Positions 11,761-24,709 of a stretch of DNA of 33,000 bases are shown in pieces. Origin of the DNA: Camelus dromedarius (taxonomy: Eukaryota); contig NC_087441.1 of assembly GCF_036321535.1 (NCBI RefSeq), positions 5,828,001 to 5,861,000 of the forward strand, written 5' to 3'. The translations under genes and the position numbers were made by a program. The first letter of the stretch is position 1. Each line of letters begins with the position of its first letter. Below the pieces are notes generated by a model. The model ran no database searches. It worked only from the letters and a program-made list of their open reading frames with translations, and was not told the origin of the DNA.

Positions 11761-12019
11761 AGGAGCTAAAGGTCTTAGGGTTAGCAACTGGACAGCAGTG
11801 GCTGACTCACTGTTGGGCATTTTTGATTGGGAAGCGCTGAGAACACTGGGAATTCTTGAAGGAGGGCTTCCTGAATTCTGGTGCTGCTGACGTTGCCAGC
11901 GACGAGGAAGATGTCAGTGATGATGTGTGTGTGTGTTTCTGCTTTAGATGAGACGAATGCTTTATCACATTGCAATTGTGCTATGGATGCAACACGTAGG
12001 CATTGCAGAGGCGCCGAGA

Positions 12020-12476
12020 GGTGGGGCAGGAGCTGGCCCTCCTGGCCCGTGAGTCAGTTGTTACATTTTCAGGAATTGCATGAGCCAGTTGTTAAACATA
12101 ATTACTTAAAAATGGATTACTTAAAATTACTTAATTTTACTTTAAATTACAATTACTTAAAATTGTGTTATAATTTAGTAAATTGTATTTTTCAAAAGGT
12201 AGTAAATAAACTCATCGTATAGTAATCGTCTTACTGCCTTTTGCTGTTACATGTCCTTGAAGTAATTTTCATCTACGACATCGAGATGATGGAAATACCA
12301 TAGGACAGTGGGCTTCTGGGCTCCCCTGCCCGACTCTGGTCCAGTGGCTTTAGGTTGGTAGCTTGAAGTTGACCATTCAGGAGTGTTTACATCACAGAAG
12401 TCAGTGAATTCTACAAGTCAGGCCTTTCTACCCCTCCTCAGAGACCAGTTGTTAAACATTTACCATGTGACCTCTG
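12020..12476. mobile_element. Arthur1-like hAT-Tip100 non-autonomous DNA transposon
   Basis: CAGTTGTTACATTTTCAGGAATT..GAGCCAGTTGTTAAACA near the left end, GGTTGGTAGCTTGAA..GGAGTGTTTACA internally, and GAGACCAGTTGTTAAACATTTACCA at the right end. Confidence 0.75.
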
Positions 12477-13559
12477 ACTCATCAGAAGGAAAGGATTACT
12501 GAAATGTTTCTAATAGTTCCTACTCGTGTCTCCCTTCCTTCTGCAGCTCCTGGGTGTCTATCATGTTCCAGGACCATACAAGGCACCTGCAAGGGCAGTG
12601 TTGCTGATCAACTTTATACAATGCCTGCTTTCGCTGGCAGGGAGATTGTGGCTCTCGGTGACTATGAGAACTTGGACAAGTCACAGTCTCTCACTCCCAG
12701 TTTACTCATCCTTGTCATTCACAGGCTGAAGTAGTCTTCTCTGGTGCTTGACCTTGTATTTCCACCTGGATTCTCATAACTTTCCAGCCAGGGACCCTAA
12801 TACCTAAAGTGACATCCCTGGGTTTGAGCGGGAAGAATTTCGGGTAAATGAGAGTTTGCATTTCATTTTATCCCATGTCTACAAGACATCTGGGCATCTT
12901 TGCTTACTCAAACTACGTGCGCTACGCTTGAGCGGACTATAATGTGGAGTTTTGTTGGTAAAACAATTTTTTCTCACCTTGCTAGAACAAATGAAAAAAA
13001 AATGAATTTCTGTATGCAAGTAATAGGATGCTCATTACTTCTGGTTCTTATTTGAAAAACGTCTTCTGATTGGGCCTCTAATAACTGAGACTTCCTTTCC
13101 CCATTTCAGCTTATCATCCAATATTTTTTTAAAAAAATTATTTATATTCACTAGGCTTTAAAGTCAATCTTGATATTTTCCACTGTTATGATTCTCAACT
13201 CTAAATGGATTACACTGACAATACAGACAAATTTAATCTTCTTCATATATAACTTGAGGATAAAAGGTCAAAAAGGAAACATGTTTCTCTCCTCTCCTAA
13301 AGATAAAAATGCAAATAACTAATTTCCTTTGAAGTCTGTAAATACAGCATGTATCCTGTGCTCTTTACAGCGTTAAATATGTCGCTGTGATCCAGGAAAA
13401 GTTAACTCTCCAGAGTCTCTGCCAGGCTGAGAAAAATGCCTGTTTTCTTCTAATGATGGCTTCTCAACCAGGATGAAGTCAGTCTGGTGACACCCTGTTC
13501 TTTGCCTCACAAGGATCGGCTTCTTAGACTATTTTGGACAGACTCTTTCTTTTCTTGTT

Positions 13560-13900
13560 TGGACAATTTAGTGGTATCCTTCTTTCAGACATGGCCCCGA
13601 GTCTTATTGTGCTTGGACCCAAGAAAGAGAGAGGTTCAGTCTCTACCCTCGAAAGGCTCACAGTCGAGGGAAAATGACAACACAAGGTGTGAACATGGTA
13701 GCAAAGGTGCAGGAAAAGCACAGAGAAGAGAGTCAGGACTGAATTCTGAGGAGTCTGCGGTGGTGCGGAGGCCCCAAGGAGGAGGCAGAACAGAAAGGAA
13801 ACAATGCCTAGAGCGACAAGGAAAACAATAGCTATTGTGTATCAGCTTCTAGAACGTGCCAGGCCTTGCAGGGAAGCGGGACTGAAGGCCTGAGATGGAA
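13560..13900 (-). mobile_element. L2 LINE remnant
   Basis: GTCTCTACCCTCGAAAGGCTCACAGTCGAGGG..AGCAAAGGTGC..AGCACAGAG pattern of reverse-strand L2. Diverged. Confidence 0.45.
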
Positions 13901-15784
13901 AGAGCTCTGCCGATTATCCTGGTAAAACCTTCCCCCAGCGCTTGTCAAGTTATCAGGTGCCTTAAGCCTCCAGCTGCAGAGTTTTAGGGACAATATCTTG
14001 ATATTATATCAAAATACAGATTATGGATAATATAAAACATGGTGGGAGAAGGTGAGATAAAATCCAATAATATCACTTCCATTTTCCCTGCAGTCTGAGA
14101 AATCTGACATGCTTTCAACTTTTACCTATTGAAAAACTCTTTAAAAGCATCAAATGGTAGTGTGTGAAATAGCATTAAATTATTATATTCTTCAAAATAT
14201 ACTATCCAGATATTACTTGATATATCAAAAAACTCCTTATTCATTTGTGCATTTGCAAAAAATGAACTAGGTAAAAATGAAATAAATGACAAATAATGTC
14301 ATTTTCCTCTGCTACTAACACAATGCTTGGCACGAAGTATGTCACTAGCGTTTGATGAAGACATCAAATAGAGTTTTGTGGTTTCTCCACCTTTTTTCTA
14401 ATTTGACCAAATCATTTTCTACCTCCTGCCACCCTCATAAAGGAGACAAGATATGGCAGGAGAATTGTAATATATCTAAAACAGGCTGATGGACAGCAGA
14501 TTTAATGGAAAATCTTCAAGTTCACTGTCAAGGTTAATAAGCCTAAAATATCTAAAGACTAAATTAAAGTGCTTTTTGCCTTAAGAAGGCATTGAAAAGA
14601 AAAGTTTGATGGCATGTTAGCTGATTCTAGAATTAAGTAGCATTTTTATGGCAAAATATCATTTACAACTCAGATAAGAATAAGGATTTTTTGTATTCCC
14701 TGAATGTATCTTAGAAAGTAAACAATCCTCACTAATCACTATCCTTGCAAACATCTAATTTAAATTTTGCCTCAAAACACCTCCTGGTGGGTACTCCAGC
14801 TATGTGTGTGTGTCTCTACTCTTAAAGGAATATATGCTGTATTTTTATCACTGTTATGCAGTATAAATTTTCCTGTCCTTCTTTTAAATTGTGGTTTCTA
14901 CCTTCATGTTTCCAAATAAATGATATCAACCATCTTTTCTAATTTACTTTGTTTTGTAAAGGTGTTCATTTTTCTTCATCAAATCTCTTGAGTTTTTCCA
15001 TTTTGAGTAACTACAATGAGAGCAGTTTGCAATTCCAATGTCTTGTACTGTATTTGAATTGGAACAAAAGGAAGCATCTAAGAACAAAACCTTATTGAGT
15101 GAAGTAATTTTAAATGCCTTTAGTTCAAATGCGTTTTTTTGGTGGAAGCCGCAGTAAAATGCTCTACTTTTCCCCAGAGATCCCTCTTGTTCTCCAATGA
15201 AGAAAACTAATCTGTAATTGTAAGGACTGCAAATGTGCACCAGTAAATTTGGTAGCTCCAAGATCGTATTTCAAATTGTCTGTAATTTGTAAGAATATAT
15301 CTTTGTTTGCTTCTCTACTCGCATTGGCATTCTCTTATGCTTTACTGAAAATATTATTTTATCAACAAAATGTTTTCACTAAAATTTAGACTGAAATTAA
15401 GATACCCACTGTTTGCTCCATTAATAATAATTTCCATCTTGTCTTAAGATTGTATGCTCACATGTACAACGTAAGTTTTGCATGCGCACCTCCTGCACAT
15501 CCCATCTCTTCATTAGGTTCTTTATCAATGTCTATAATCAGTTAAGTAGTTCTTTCTTGCCAGCAATAACATTATGTATCCAAACAGGGTAGCATGGATG
15601 AATTTTGTGTCCTTTGAAGGGAGAGTCCAAATTATCTGGGAAACAAGAACACCGAAGTAATATTTGTTATATAGGAATAGCTCTAAGAGGCTATAGTTAC
15701 AGTTGCAGAAACTGGGTATTTGTGGGTCTTGCATTTCAAGTGCACAGATGTAGGGAGCAGGATTTACCTTCTCTTGCCAAGTGT

Positions 15785-18772
15785 AAAAACATAAGAGATC
15801 ATCAACTTGAAATAACCGTATGTATAAACCTCATGGTAATCACAAACCAAACATCGATAATAGATATACACACAATAAAGATAAAGTAATCCAAACATAA
15901 CACTGAACATACTCATCAAATCACAAGGGAAGAGAGCAAAAGATTAAGACAGGAACAAAAAGAATTACAAAAACAACCCCCTAATAATTAACACAATGNN
16001 NNNNNNNNNNNNNNNNNNNNNNNNNNNNNNNNNNNNNNNNNNNNNNNNNNNNNNNNNNNNNNNNNNNNNNNNNNNNNNNNNNNNNNNNNNNNNNNNNNNN
16101 NNNNNNNNNNNNNNNNNNNNNNNNNNNNCTGCCCACAAGAGACTCACTTCCAAATTAGACACACACAAACTGAAAATGAAAGATTAAAAAGGCATTCTAT
16201 GCAAATGGGAACAAATTGCACATCAATACTTATATCAGGTAAAATAGACTTAAAGACTGTAACAAGAGACAAAGAAGGATATTACATAATGATAAAGGAA
16301 TCAATCCAACAAGAACATATATAAATTGTAAATATACATGCATCCAGCATAGAAGCACCTAAATGCGTAAAGTAAATCACACAATAATAATAGGGGACTT
16401 TACCATTCCACTTACATCAAAAGGCAGACCACCCAGACAGAAAATCAGTAAGGAAACACTGGCCTTAAGCAACACATTAAGTCAGATGAACTTAATAGAT
16501 ATTTATAGAATATTTCATCCAGAAGCAGCAGAATACACAGTATTTTCAAGTACACATGGAACAATCTCCAGGACAGATCATATGCTAGGCCACAAAACAA
16601 ATCTCAATAAATTTCAGAAGATCGAAATCATATCAAGCATCTTTTCAAACACAACACTATGAGATTAAATATCAACAACAAGAAAAATATTGCAAAAAAT
16701 ACACAAATTCATGGAGGCTAACCAATATGTTACTAAACAGCCAATGGGTCACAAAAGAAATCAAAGAGGAAAATTTAAAAATACCTGGAGACAAACGAAA
16801 TGGGAACACAATGATCCAAAATCTATGGCTGCAGCAAAAGCAGTTCTAAAGGGAATTTTATAGCAATACAAGCCTACCTCAGAAAGCAAGAAAAATCTCA
16901 AATAAACAATCTAACCTTACAGCTGAAGAAACTAGAAAACAAACAAAACAGAAAGTTAGTAGAAGAAAAGAAATTATAAAGATCAGGACAGAAATAAATG
17001 AATAGAGACTAAGAAAAATAATAGAAAATATCAATGAAAGTAAGAGCTGGTTCTTTGGAAGTATAAACAAAATTAATAAACCTTCAGCTAGATTTATCAA
17101 GAAAAAAGAGAAAAGATCCAAGGAAATAAAATCAGAAATGAGAAAAGGAAAACTTACAGCTGACACCACACAAATCAAAAGGATCATAAGAAATCACAAA
17201 CAATCATATGTGAGTGAAATGGACTACCTACAATCTCCCAAGACTGAATCTGGAAGAAATACAAAATATGATCAGACCAATTACCAGTAATGAAATTGAA
17301 TCAGTAATTTAAAAACTCCCAACAAACAAAATTCCAGGACCAGATGGCTTCACAGTTGAATTCTATGAAACATTTAAAGAAGCATTAATGCCTAACTTTC
17401 TCAAACTATTCCAAAAAATTGAAAAGGAACTGATTTTATGAGGCTAGCATCACACAGATACCAAAACCAGGCAAAGATACCACACAAAAAAAGAAAGTTA
17501 CAGGCTAATATCACTGATGAACATAGATGCAAAAATTCTCTGCAAAATATTAGCAAACCAAAATCAACAATATATTAAAAGGATTATACATCATGATCAA
17601 GTGGAATTTAACCAGGGATGCAAGGATTTTTCAGTATTTGCAGATTAGTCAATGTGATACACCACATTAACGAGTTAAAGAATAACTATCATATAATCAT
17701 CTCAATGGATGCAGAAAAAGTTTTGACAAAACTCAACTTCCATATATGATAAAGATTCTCAACAAAGTGGATATAGAGGGAACATATCTCAGCATAATAA
17801 AGGCCATTTATGACATACCTACAGCCAACATCATACTCAGTGGTGAGAAGCTGAAAGCATTTCCTCTAAGATTAGGAGCAAGAAAAAAATACCCACTCTT
17901 TCCATGTTTATTCAACATAGAACTGGAAATCCTAGCCACTGCAATCAGACAAGAAAAAGAAATAAATCTAGATTGGAAAGGAAGAAGGAAAACTGTCACT
18001 GTTTACAGATGGCATGATACCACATGTAGAAAATCCTGCAGATGCCATTAAAAAACTAGTAGAACTAATAATTGAATTCAGTAAAGTTGCAGGATACAAA
18101 ATTAATATATAGAAATCTGTTGTTTTTCTATACACCAAGAATGAACTATCATAAAGAGAAATTAAGAAAACAATTCCATTTACAATTGCATCAAGAAGAA
18201 TATATACCTAGGAATATATCTAACTAAGGATATAAAAGACCTATACTCAGAAAACTATAAGACACTGATGAAAGAAATTGAAGATGACACAAACAAATGG
18301 AAAGATACACTGTGCTCATGGACTGGAAGAAGTAATGTTAAAATGACCACACTACATAAGGCAATCTATAATTTCAGTGCTACCCCTATCAAAATAACAA
18401 TGGCATTTTCACAGAATTAGAACAAATAATTCTGAGATTTGTATGGAAACACAAGACCCAGAATAGCCAAAATAATCTTGAGAAAGAAGAACAAAGCTGG
18501 AAGTATCACATGCCCTGAGTTCAAACTATACTGCAAAAATACAGTCATCAAAACAGTATGGTGCTAGCACAAAAACAGACGCATAGAACAGTGGAACAGA
18601 ATGGAGATCCCAGAAATAAACCCACACTTACATGGTCAGTTAATCTATGCCAAAGAAGGCAAACATATACAATGGGGAAAAGACAGCCTTTTCATAAATG
18701 ATGTTGCAAAAAGTGGACAGCTACATGCAAAACAGTCAAACTAGACTACTTTCTCACACCATACACAGAAAC
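15785..18772 (+). mobile_element. LINE-1 fragment: inter-ORF spacer plus degraded ORF2 (endonuclease and RT regions), truncated at both ends
   Basis: Translated pieces match L1 ORF2: TIIIGDFTIPL, DLIDIYRIFHP-like, [76 protein letters not shown]. Many frameshifts and stops. ORF2 ATG at 15996 is followed by an N gap. No 3' UTR or poly(A). Confidence 0.97.
15999..16128. other. Assembly gap (130 N)
   Basis: N run inside L1 ORF2 start. Confidence 1.
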
Positions 18773-18967
18773 ATACATTATAGAAGAAGTCCCTGTATCG
18801 TGGGGAAAGGCATTAAGCAAGCCCATCACAACTGAGCCATCTTTGCTACGATTTTAACATATTTTGTAGCTTCTTTTTAGATACAGGTATAATGTATAAA
18901 GCAAGGGAAATGAAATCTACTTTCCAAGTGTGGCCCCCATTATGTTCTTTAATATTATGGAAGATGC

Positions 18968-19421
18968 AATTTACAACAAACTGTGGTCCAAGGACTCTGA
19001 GGGTCCCTGAGACGTTTTCAGGGGATCTATGGCGTCAATGTCACTTTCATAATGACAGTAATATAGACAGTTCTCCAGAGGCTACATGATCCCACAGATT
19101 AAATGAAAGGAGATTTGAAAATCCACCAGTTGTTTAGTAAGCCAGACTTTCAGGATATTTTAGTAAAAATGCTAAAGAGTGAGACTTTCCTCATAAAATT
19201 TTTTGTTTGAGAAATATTATGTTGTTTATGTCAGTATCCAATGGGTTTATCCCTGTTAGTTTCCAATACATTAATAAATGTTTTTAAAATTCCTGTTTTG
19301 ATTTTTTAAATTAAATACCGATAGTTGTAACCCATGAGCAACTTTAACAAATCACTGGTGGAGCCCTCAGTGATTTTTAAAGCTCTAAAAGATACGGAGA
19401 CCGAGCACTTGACAACTGCTG
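18968..19421. mobile_element. hAT-Charlie non-autonomous DNA transposon remnant
   Basis: AACTGTGGTCCAAGGAC..GAGGGTCCCTGAGACGTTTTCAGGGG start, TTCTCCAGAGGCTACATGA, TAAGCCAGAC, and the GAGACC..TTGACAACTGCTG end. Confidence 0.75.
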
Positions 19422-20156
19422 CTTTATGAAGAAAATGGTCTTTGTTCTTGGGAAAAAAAGTAGCATATAAGCGGTATATTTCTCTGTAACTATTGCTATT
19501 GGTACCGTCCTAATCATCCATATTAACTACAACTTTTAACATCTATTTCACAAAGATCACTGAAGAACAGATAACTGAGAACTGTCATTACAAGCATTTA
19601 GCAGACTAGCAAAGCTCATAGACACACATAATGTAATTTTTTACAGTCACCTGCACTCCTCTTATAGTTTGTTAAAGTGAGAAAAATGAACATAGTCATT
19701 AATATAATCCAAAGATATGGCCTTTCTGTAGCATATAAACATAAAAAGGAAAAGTATACAAACTTGAAATTATGTTTGACAGTTAATGTTGCAGTTTTCT
19801 TCCCATCTTACCTTGAAATTTTCTGAATATCCAATGATTTTCCATTAAGTAACTTAATTTAATATTAGCCCAAGGTTGCAAGTTACCTAAACATCATGGA
19901 AATTTTCTCTAAGCTGATATTCTACAAAACACAATTACAATTGACATAAAAAGCATGCCAGAGTAATGACTCAGTGAACACAAATTTATATCTTTTGTAT
20001 TTTTATACTTTTAATAATCTTAAACATTATGCAGGAGTAATGTTAGCTTACTTGGGCAGTATATTGTATAAGTTTAGGAAATACAAACCCACATAAAATA
20101 AAATGTATGCTTGCATTATAGTTAATAGTGATAAATCGAGAAAAGACATATCTGAT

Positions 20157-20450
20157 TTTTTTTTAAAGGCTTTATTGTTTTAGAGCAGTTTAGGTTCACA
20201 GCAAATTTGAGAGGGAGGTGCAGAGAATTCGCATATAACCCTCCCCTCATCGAGTGTCTCCCCCATTATCACCATCCCCCACCAGAACGGCACACTTGTT
20301 ACAGTTGATGGACCTATGTTGACCTGTCATTATCACCAAGAGTCCATAGTTTATGTCAGGGTTTACTCTCGATGGTGTACATTTCATGGGTTGAGACAAA
20401 TGTATAATGACACATATTCATCATTATGGAGTATTTTCACTGCCCTAAAA
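20157..20450 (-). mobile_element. L1MB/L1MA-type 3' end
   Basis: T-run followed by TTAGAGCAGTTTAGGTTCACAGCAAATTTGAG, GTTACAGTTGATGGACCT, GAGTCCATAGTTTA and GAGTATTTTCACTGCCCTAAAAAT. Confidence 0.85.
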
Positions 20451-21649
20451 ATTGCCCATAAATTTTTACATCAAAACTATTAAACTAGTGTCATGTGCCA
20501 AAGAGTCACCTTAATTATATGAATTTAAAATTTTAAAATATTCCTGAGTTATTTGTTGCAAGAAAAAATGTATTTAGCACATTTAGTGTCAAAGGTTAAT
20601 ATCTTCATTTTCTGAAAATTTTAGTAATTTCAATTTATATAAGTACTTATTAATTATTATAAAGTTGATAAGAACAATGCTCCTTTGATTTACGAGATTT
20701 TGTTATCAAACTCATTAATGCTCTCTGGAATTAAGCAAACATTTCACACTCTTGCACTAAGAGGCAAAGACATTTCTGCATAACAGAAACATACACTCGC
20801 AGACACATGGAGAACTTAGACTCCGGTTTTACCGCTTTAGCTGTGTGTCAGGAGTAAACAAACACCAAAACTTACTGGTCCAGTTATCAAAAGTGCTGTT
20901 CTTTCCAATGGCCACATAATTCTTGGTTAATTTGGGCTCAAACTAGATAAATGGATAAACAAAGAAAAACAAAAGCGATTTTTTGTCATGTCTCCCAAAA
21001 GAGAACACGTCTCTGTCAACCATCGACCAAGTGGACAAGTTACAAGACCAAGTTCCCAATCGTTGATGCCACCCCAGCGGAATAAGTAGAAAGAAAAAGA
21101 AAACAAAGACTCTGTAAAGGAGAAAAGTGAACTAGAGAAACAGAGTCAACAGCTGATAAAAGCCATGCCTGGGCTCACACGTCCCCTGAGGATTACTTCT
21201 CAGCCACGGAGCTTACCTGCTGTCAGGTGAATTCACTGGGCGTCTTGGTGGATGATACCCAAAACTGTTAAGATAATCTTAAAGGTGAATAAAGTCATGA
21301 CTCCCATACAAATATAAAATGGATAATATTAAATATCTTATTTAACTCATGAATTACCAGAGAACCTATAAAGTATCAAAAACTCATTCAAAGGAGAATG
21401 TAAACAGCAGAAACGCACACAAGTGATTATGAGTGTGACCTGAATTTAATGGATGCAAACCTGGCTTCTTTGGGGAAGGAAAATAATTCCATCTCCACCA
21501 GACAAAACTCACATTCGTTTTCAGGCCGGTCCTCTACACCCTCCACAGCAGTAAAATAGGTCAAAGTGGGAGGAGCAGACCACGCTGTAGGATCAGGTAA
21601 CTCACAGCCCAGAAAGGACACCCTGACTGATTTTCTTTTAAAATGTGCC

Positions 21650-21745
21650 ACCTTCTAGGTTTGTCTGATTAATTCCTCACGGATAGATTCAGATTAAGCA
21701 TTTTTGGCAAGACTATTTCATAGGTGATGAGCTTCTGACATTGTT
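21650..21745 (-). mobile_element. L1MC/L1ME 3' UTR fragment
   Basis: GTTTGTCTGATTAATTCCTCACGGATAGATTCAGATTAAGCATTTTTGGCAAGA..CATAGGTGATG. Confidence 0.55.
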
Positions 21746-22189
21746 GTGATCACTGTCCCAGGGACCAGGGATGCAGTGCTGTGTCTCTGTTGTCTGAGCG
21801 CACACTTCATAGTTGTGGAGGCAGATACGGAATGATTATAACTACTCCAAAGGCCGATGAGGGTGTTTGACACACCTTCCCTGAGTGCAGTGCTTGAGGA
21901 TCAGAGAAGAGAACTGTAGCAACTAACATTTGGCTCAGCGTTAACTTTGGTGTTGGGAAGGGCATTTGGGGTGGGGAAGAAAGGAGGGGAAAGGAGGGGG
22001 GGTCTGGGAAAGCCCTGAGGATGTAGCCCAGTGGGTCTCAGAGATAGTTCCCAGATGAAAACTTGAAAAAATTTATTTTATGCAGCTAAACATCCATTAT
22101 TATTATGGACACCATATATAGTTTGGGAGTGAAAGGAGGCATTATTAGTAATTTTCTGCGCTACAGGAGGAAACTGGGACTTCTTGAAC

Positions 22190-22520
22190 ATCCCAGACAG
22201 ATGAGTTATCACTCAGTTTGGCGCTGTCACCACCTGAAAGTCTCAGTGGCGCAGAGCAACAGGAAGTGTTTTTTCATCCTGTATCTGCAGATCGGCTGGG
22301 GTTTTGTTCATTGGGCTCCAAGGTGCGGGTTCAGGTCTGCTCTATGTTCTGGGACCAGCAACCAGCAGGGGATGTTCTTCTGCAGTGACTGCGGAAGTGC
22401 AGGAGGGCCACCCAGCACGTCATCCCATCACCTGAAGTCCGTAGGGTCTCGTCGGCAGAGCAAATGGTGGTGGAGGGGGACACAGTTCACCCGCCGTGAG
22501 GACTAGAGGACAGGCAATAA
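22190..22520 (-). mobile_element. MaLR LTR remnant (MLT1J/K-like)
   Basis: AAAGTCTCAGTGGCGCAGAGCAACAGGAAGTG, GGTTCAGGTCTGCTCTATG and GGATGTTCTTCT..AAGTGCAGGAGGGCCA resemble reverse-strand MLT1. Confidence 0.55.
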
Positions 22521-23214
22521 CTGGTAGCAAACGAGGCCAGTGCAAACCAAGATGATTAACCAACCACAGCGTGTCATCCCAGTTATTATGAATATAGATT
22601 TTTTTCAAAATTCAGAATAGAGGAGGAGAAATTGGTAAGGGTAAAACTGGTATTCTGCAGGTGGGTCCTATTTTTCTAGCTCTTCACTCTAAAAGAACTT
22701 CACATTTTCACAAGCCTTACTATTCTCATGCTGCCATCACTTTCTTTTGAGTGTTGTATTTATTCTCCTTCCTGTTGTTCTAATGTCTTTTCTGTTATTT
22801 TCTGTTTGTTTTTTTACATGTGTTTCCTTTATTCTGCAGTTATGTAGGGTCTCGTTGCTCCCCAGCCAAGAAAAAGAAAACAAAGGCATTTCCAAGTAGA
22901 GCTGAGAATAGATTCAGTCTGGCCTAATTTCCTCCGTTTGAATCTATGGATGGATAACTGTCACCTGGAGGGTGTGACCTGCCCACTTCCTTGAGCCCGG
23001 CCTGGCCCTGGCCTTCTGATCCCCAACTTGGCTCACCTTTGCTTTTCTGCCCAAGGGAGCATTCAGGATTTGGGAAGAGCCACACAAGTTGCTCAAGATT
23101 TTCCTTCTTACTGAAAATGCAATATGCGAAGACAAAGGAAGCACCTCCCTTGTTTATTGAGTTATAAAAGCAGGGAATCCCAGTTACCTCCTGTAATGTC
23201 TAGAAATGCTTTGA

Positions 23215-23815
23215 GCCTGTTTTTGAGGTGCAATTCACATAACGTAAAACAACATTAAATAACCTTTTTATGAGTGAAGCAATCTAGTAACGTTTAGTAT
23301 GTTTCCCATGTTGTGCAACCATGACCTCTATCTATTCAAAACATTTTTATCACCCCACAGTGAGACCCCATACCCATTAGGCAGTTACTCCCACTTGCCT
23401 GTCCTCCCAGTCCCCTGCAAACACCGAACTACTTTCTGTCCCTACGATTTGTCTGTTCTGAATATTTCATATAAATGGAATCGTACAGTATCTGTCCTTT
23501 TGTGTCTGGCTCCTTTGACTTAGCATAACGCTTCCCAGTTTTATCCGTGTCATCACATGTACCAGCGCTTCAGTTCTTTTTATGGTTGAAATACATACGT
23601 GTGTATATACACACACACCCCCACACACCACAGTTTGTTTATCCGTTCATCCAAATGGTGGGCATTTGGGTCATCTCCGCCTTGAGGCTGCTCTGAACAG
23701 GGCTGCTCTGAGTAGTTGTGTAAGGTATGTGTTTGAGTCCTGGGTTTTTACGTCTGGGTGTATAGGACGGCGCTGCGGCATCATATGGTCTCCTGTATTT
23801 AACTTTCTGAGGAAC
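23215..23815 (-). mobile_element. L1MB-type 3' end
   Basis: TTTTGAGGTGCAATTCACATAAC, ATGTTGTGCAACCAT, AATATTTCATATAAATGGAATC, TTATCCGTTCATCC and GTATTTAACTTTCTGAGGAAC. Confidence 0.9.
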
Positions 23816-23914
23816 ATGATCCCACACCTCACACTGTGTCCAAGACAGTTTTTAAGAAACTCAGGGGAGCCCAGCACAATTCCACAGCCTTAGAGGTGGT
23901 GAGATGTTTTGAGA

Positions 23915-24080
23915 AATAAGCGGATTCCAGTCCCGCCATGGGGGAACCACGTGACCTTTCTAAGTTTCTTACCTACGCTTTGACTCAGTTTACTCATCTG
24001 TTAAAGCTGAGTAGCACCCTCCTCTGTAGGGTGGTTGTTAAATTCCAGGAGACAGTGCACAGGGAGCACTTCCTATGCAA
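23915..24080 (+). mobile_element. MIR SINE remnant
   Basis: GATTCCAGTCCC..GTGACCTT..CTCAGTTTACTCATCTGTTAAA..GTAGGGTGGTTGTTAAATTC MIR core. Confidence 0.65.
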
Positions 24081-24678
24081 CAGGGCAAATGGATTTTTTT
24101 TCAAGTTGAAAAAAAACATATATACTAGCTTTTTTTTTTTCACAGACTATGTAAAGCTTTAGTTTTCTGCCTACTAGTCATTCGAAGGCAGGTTGGGTTT
24201 AAAATTAAATGTTCTCATGTGTCAAAGCCTTAGAAATCAAAATACGAATTATTGTCTTTTAAAAGGAGGAGCAAAAGATTGGAGGGGCTTTCCGAAGGCT
24301 TGGTTTCCTTGACTCTGCTGGGAGAGCCCAGGGTTGCACCCTGTCTGAGCTCTCTGTGGTGCCTCAGAGCCTGTCTGAGTGCCTTCTGCGGGAAGACCGC
24401 CGTTGTAGCATCTTGCTGCGGTGGTCGGACTTGGAGTGAGTTCCTGAGAAACTTCGTATGTCTTCAGCTTAAAGCATGTTCTTTCGCCTGCCCCCAAATT
24501 CACAAACACTTGAAATTGGAGTCAGAAGAGCATCTGCGGCAGCCTAGAAAGAGGTCGCGTGCCCCCAGGGAAAGATCGAGAATACGGGCTTCCTGGGCTA
24601 AGAGCTCCAGGCAGCAGCAGCCTGAACCAGGCCTGCCTCGGCGTCCTGGGAGCGTTCCCTCGTGCTTCCTCCCTGGAG

Positions 24679-24709
24679 GGTGCTGGGAGGTGCTGGGAGG
24701 TGCTGGGAG
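24679..24709. repeat. Perfect 10-bp tandem repeat (GGTGCTGGGA)x3
   Basis: Read directly. Confidence 0.95.
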
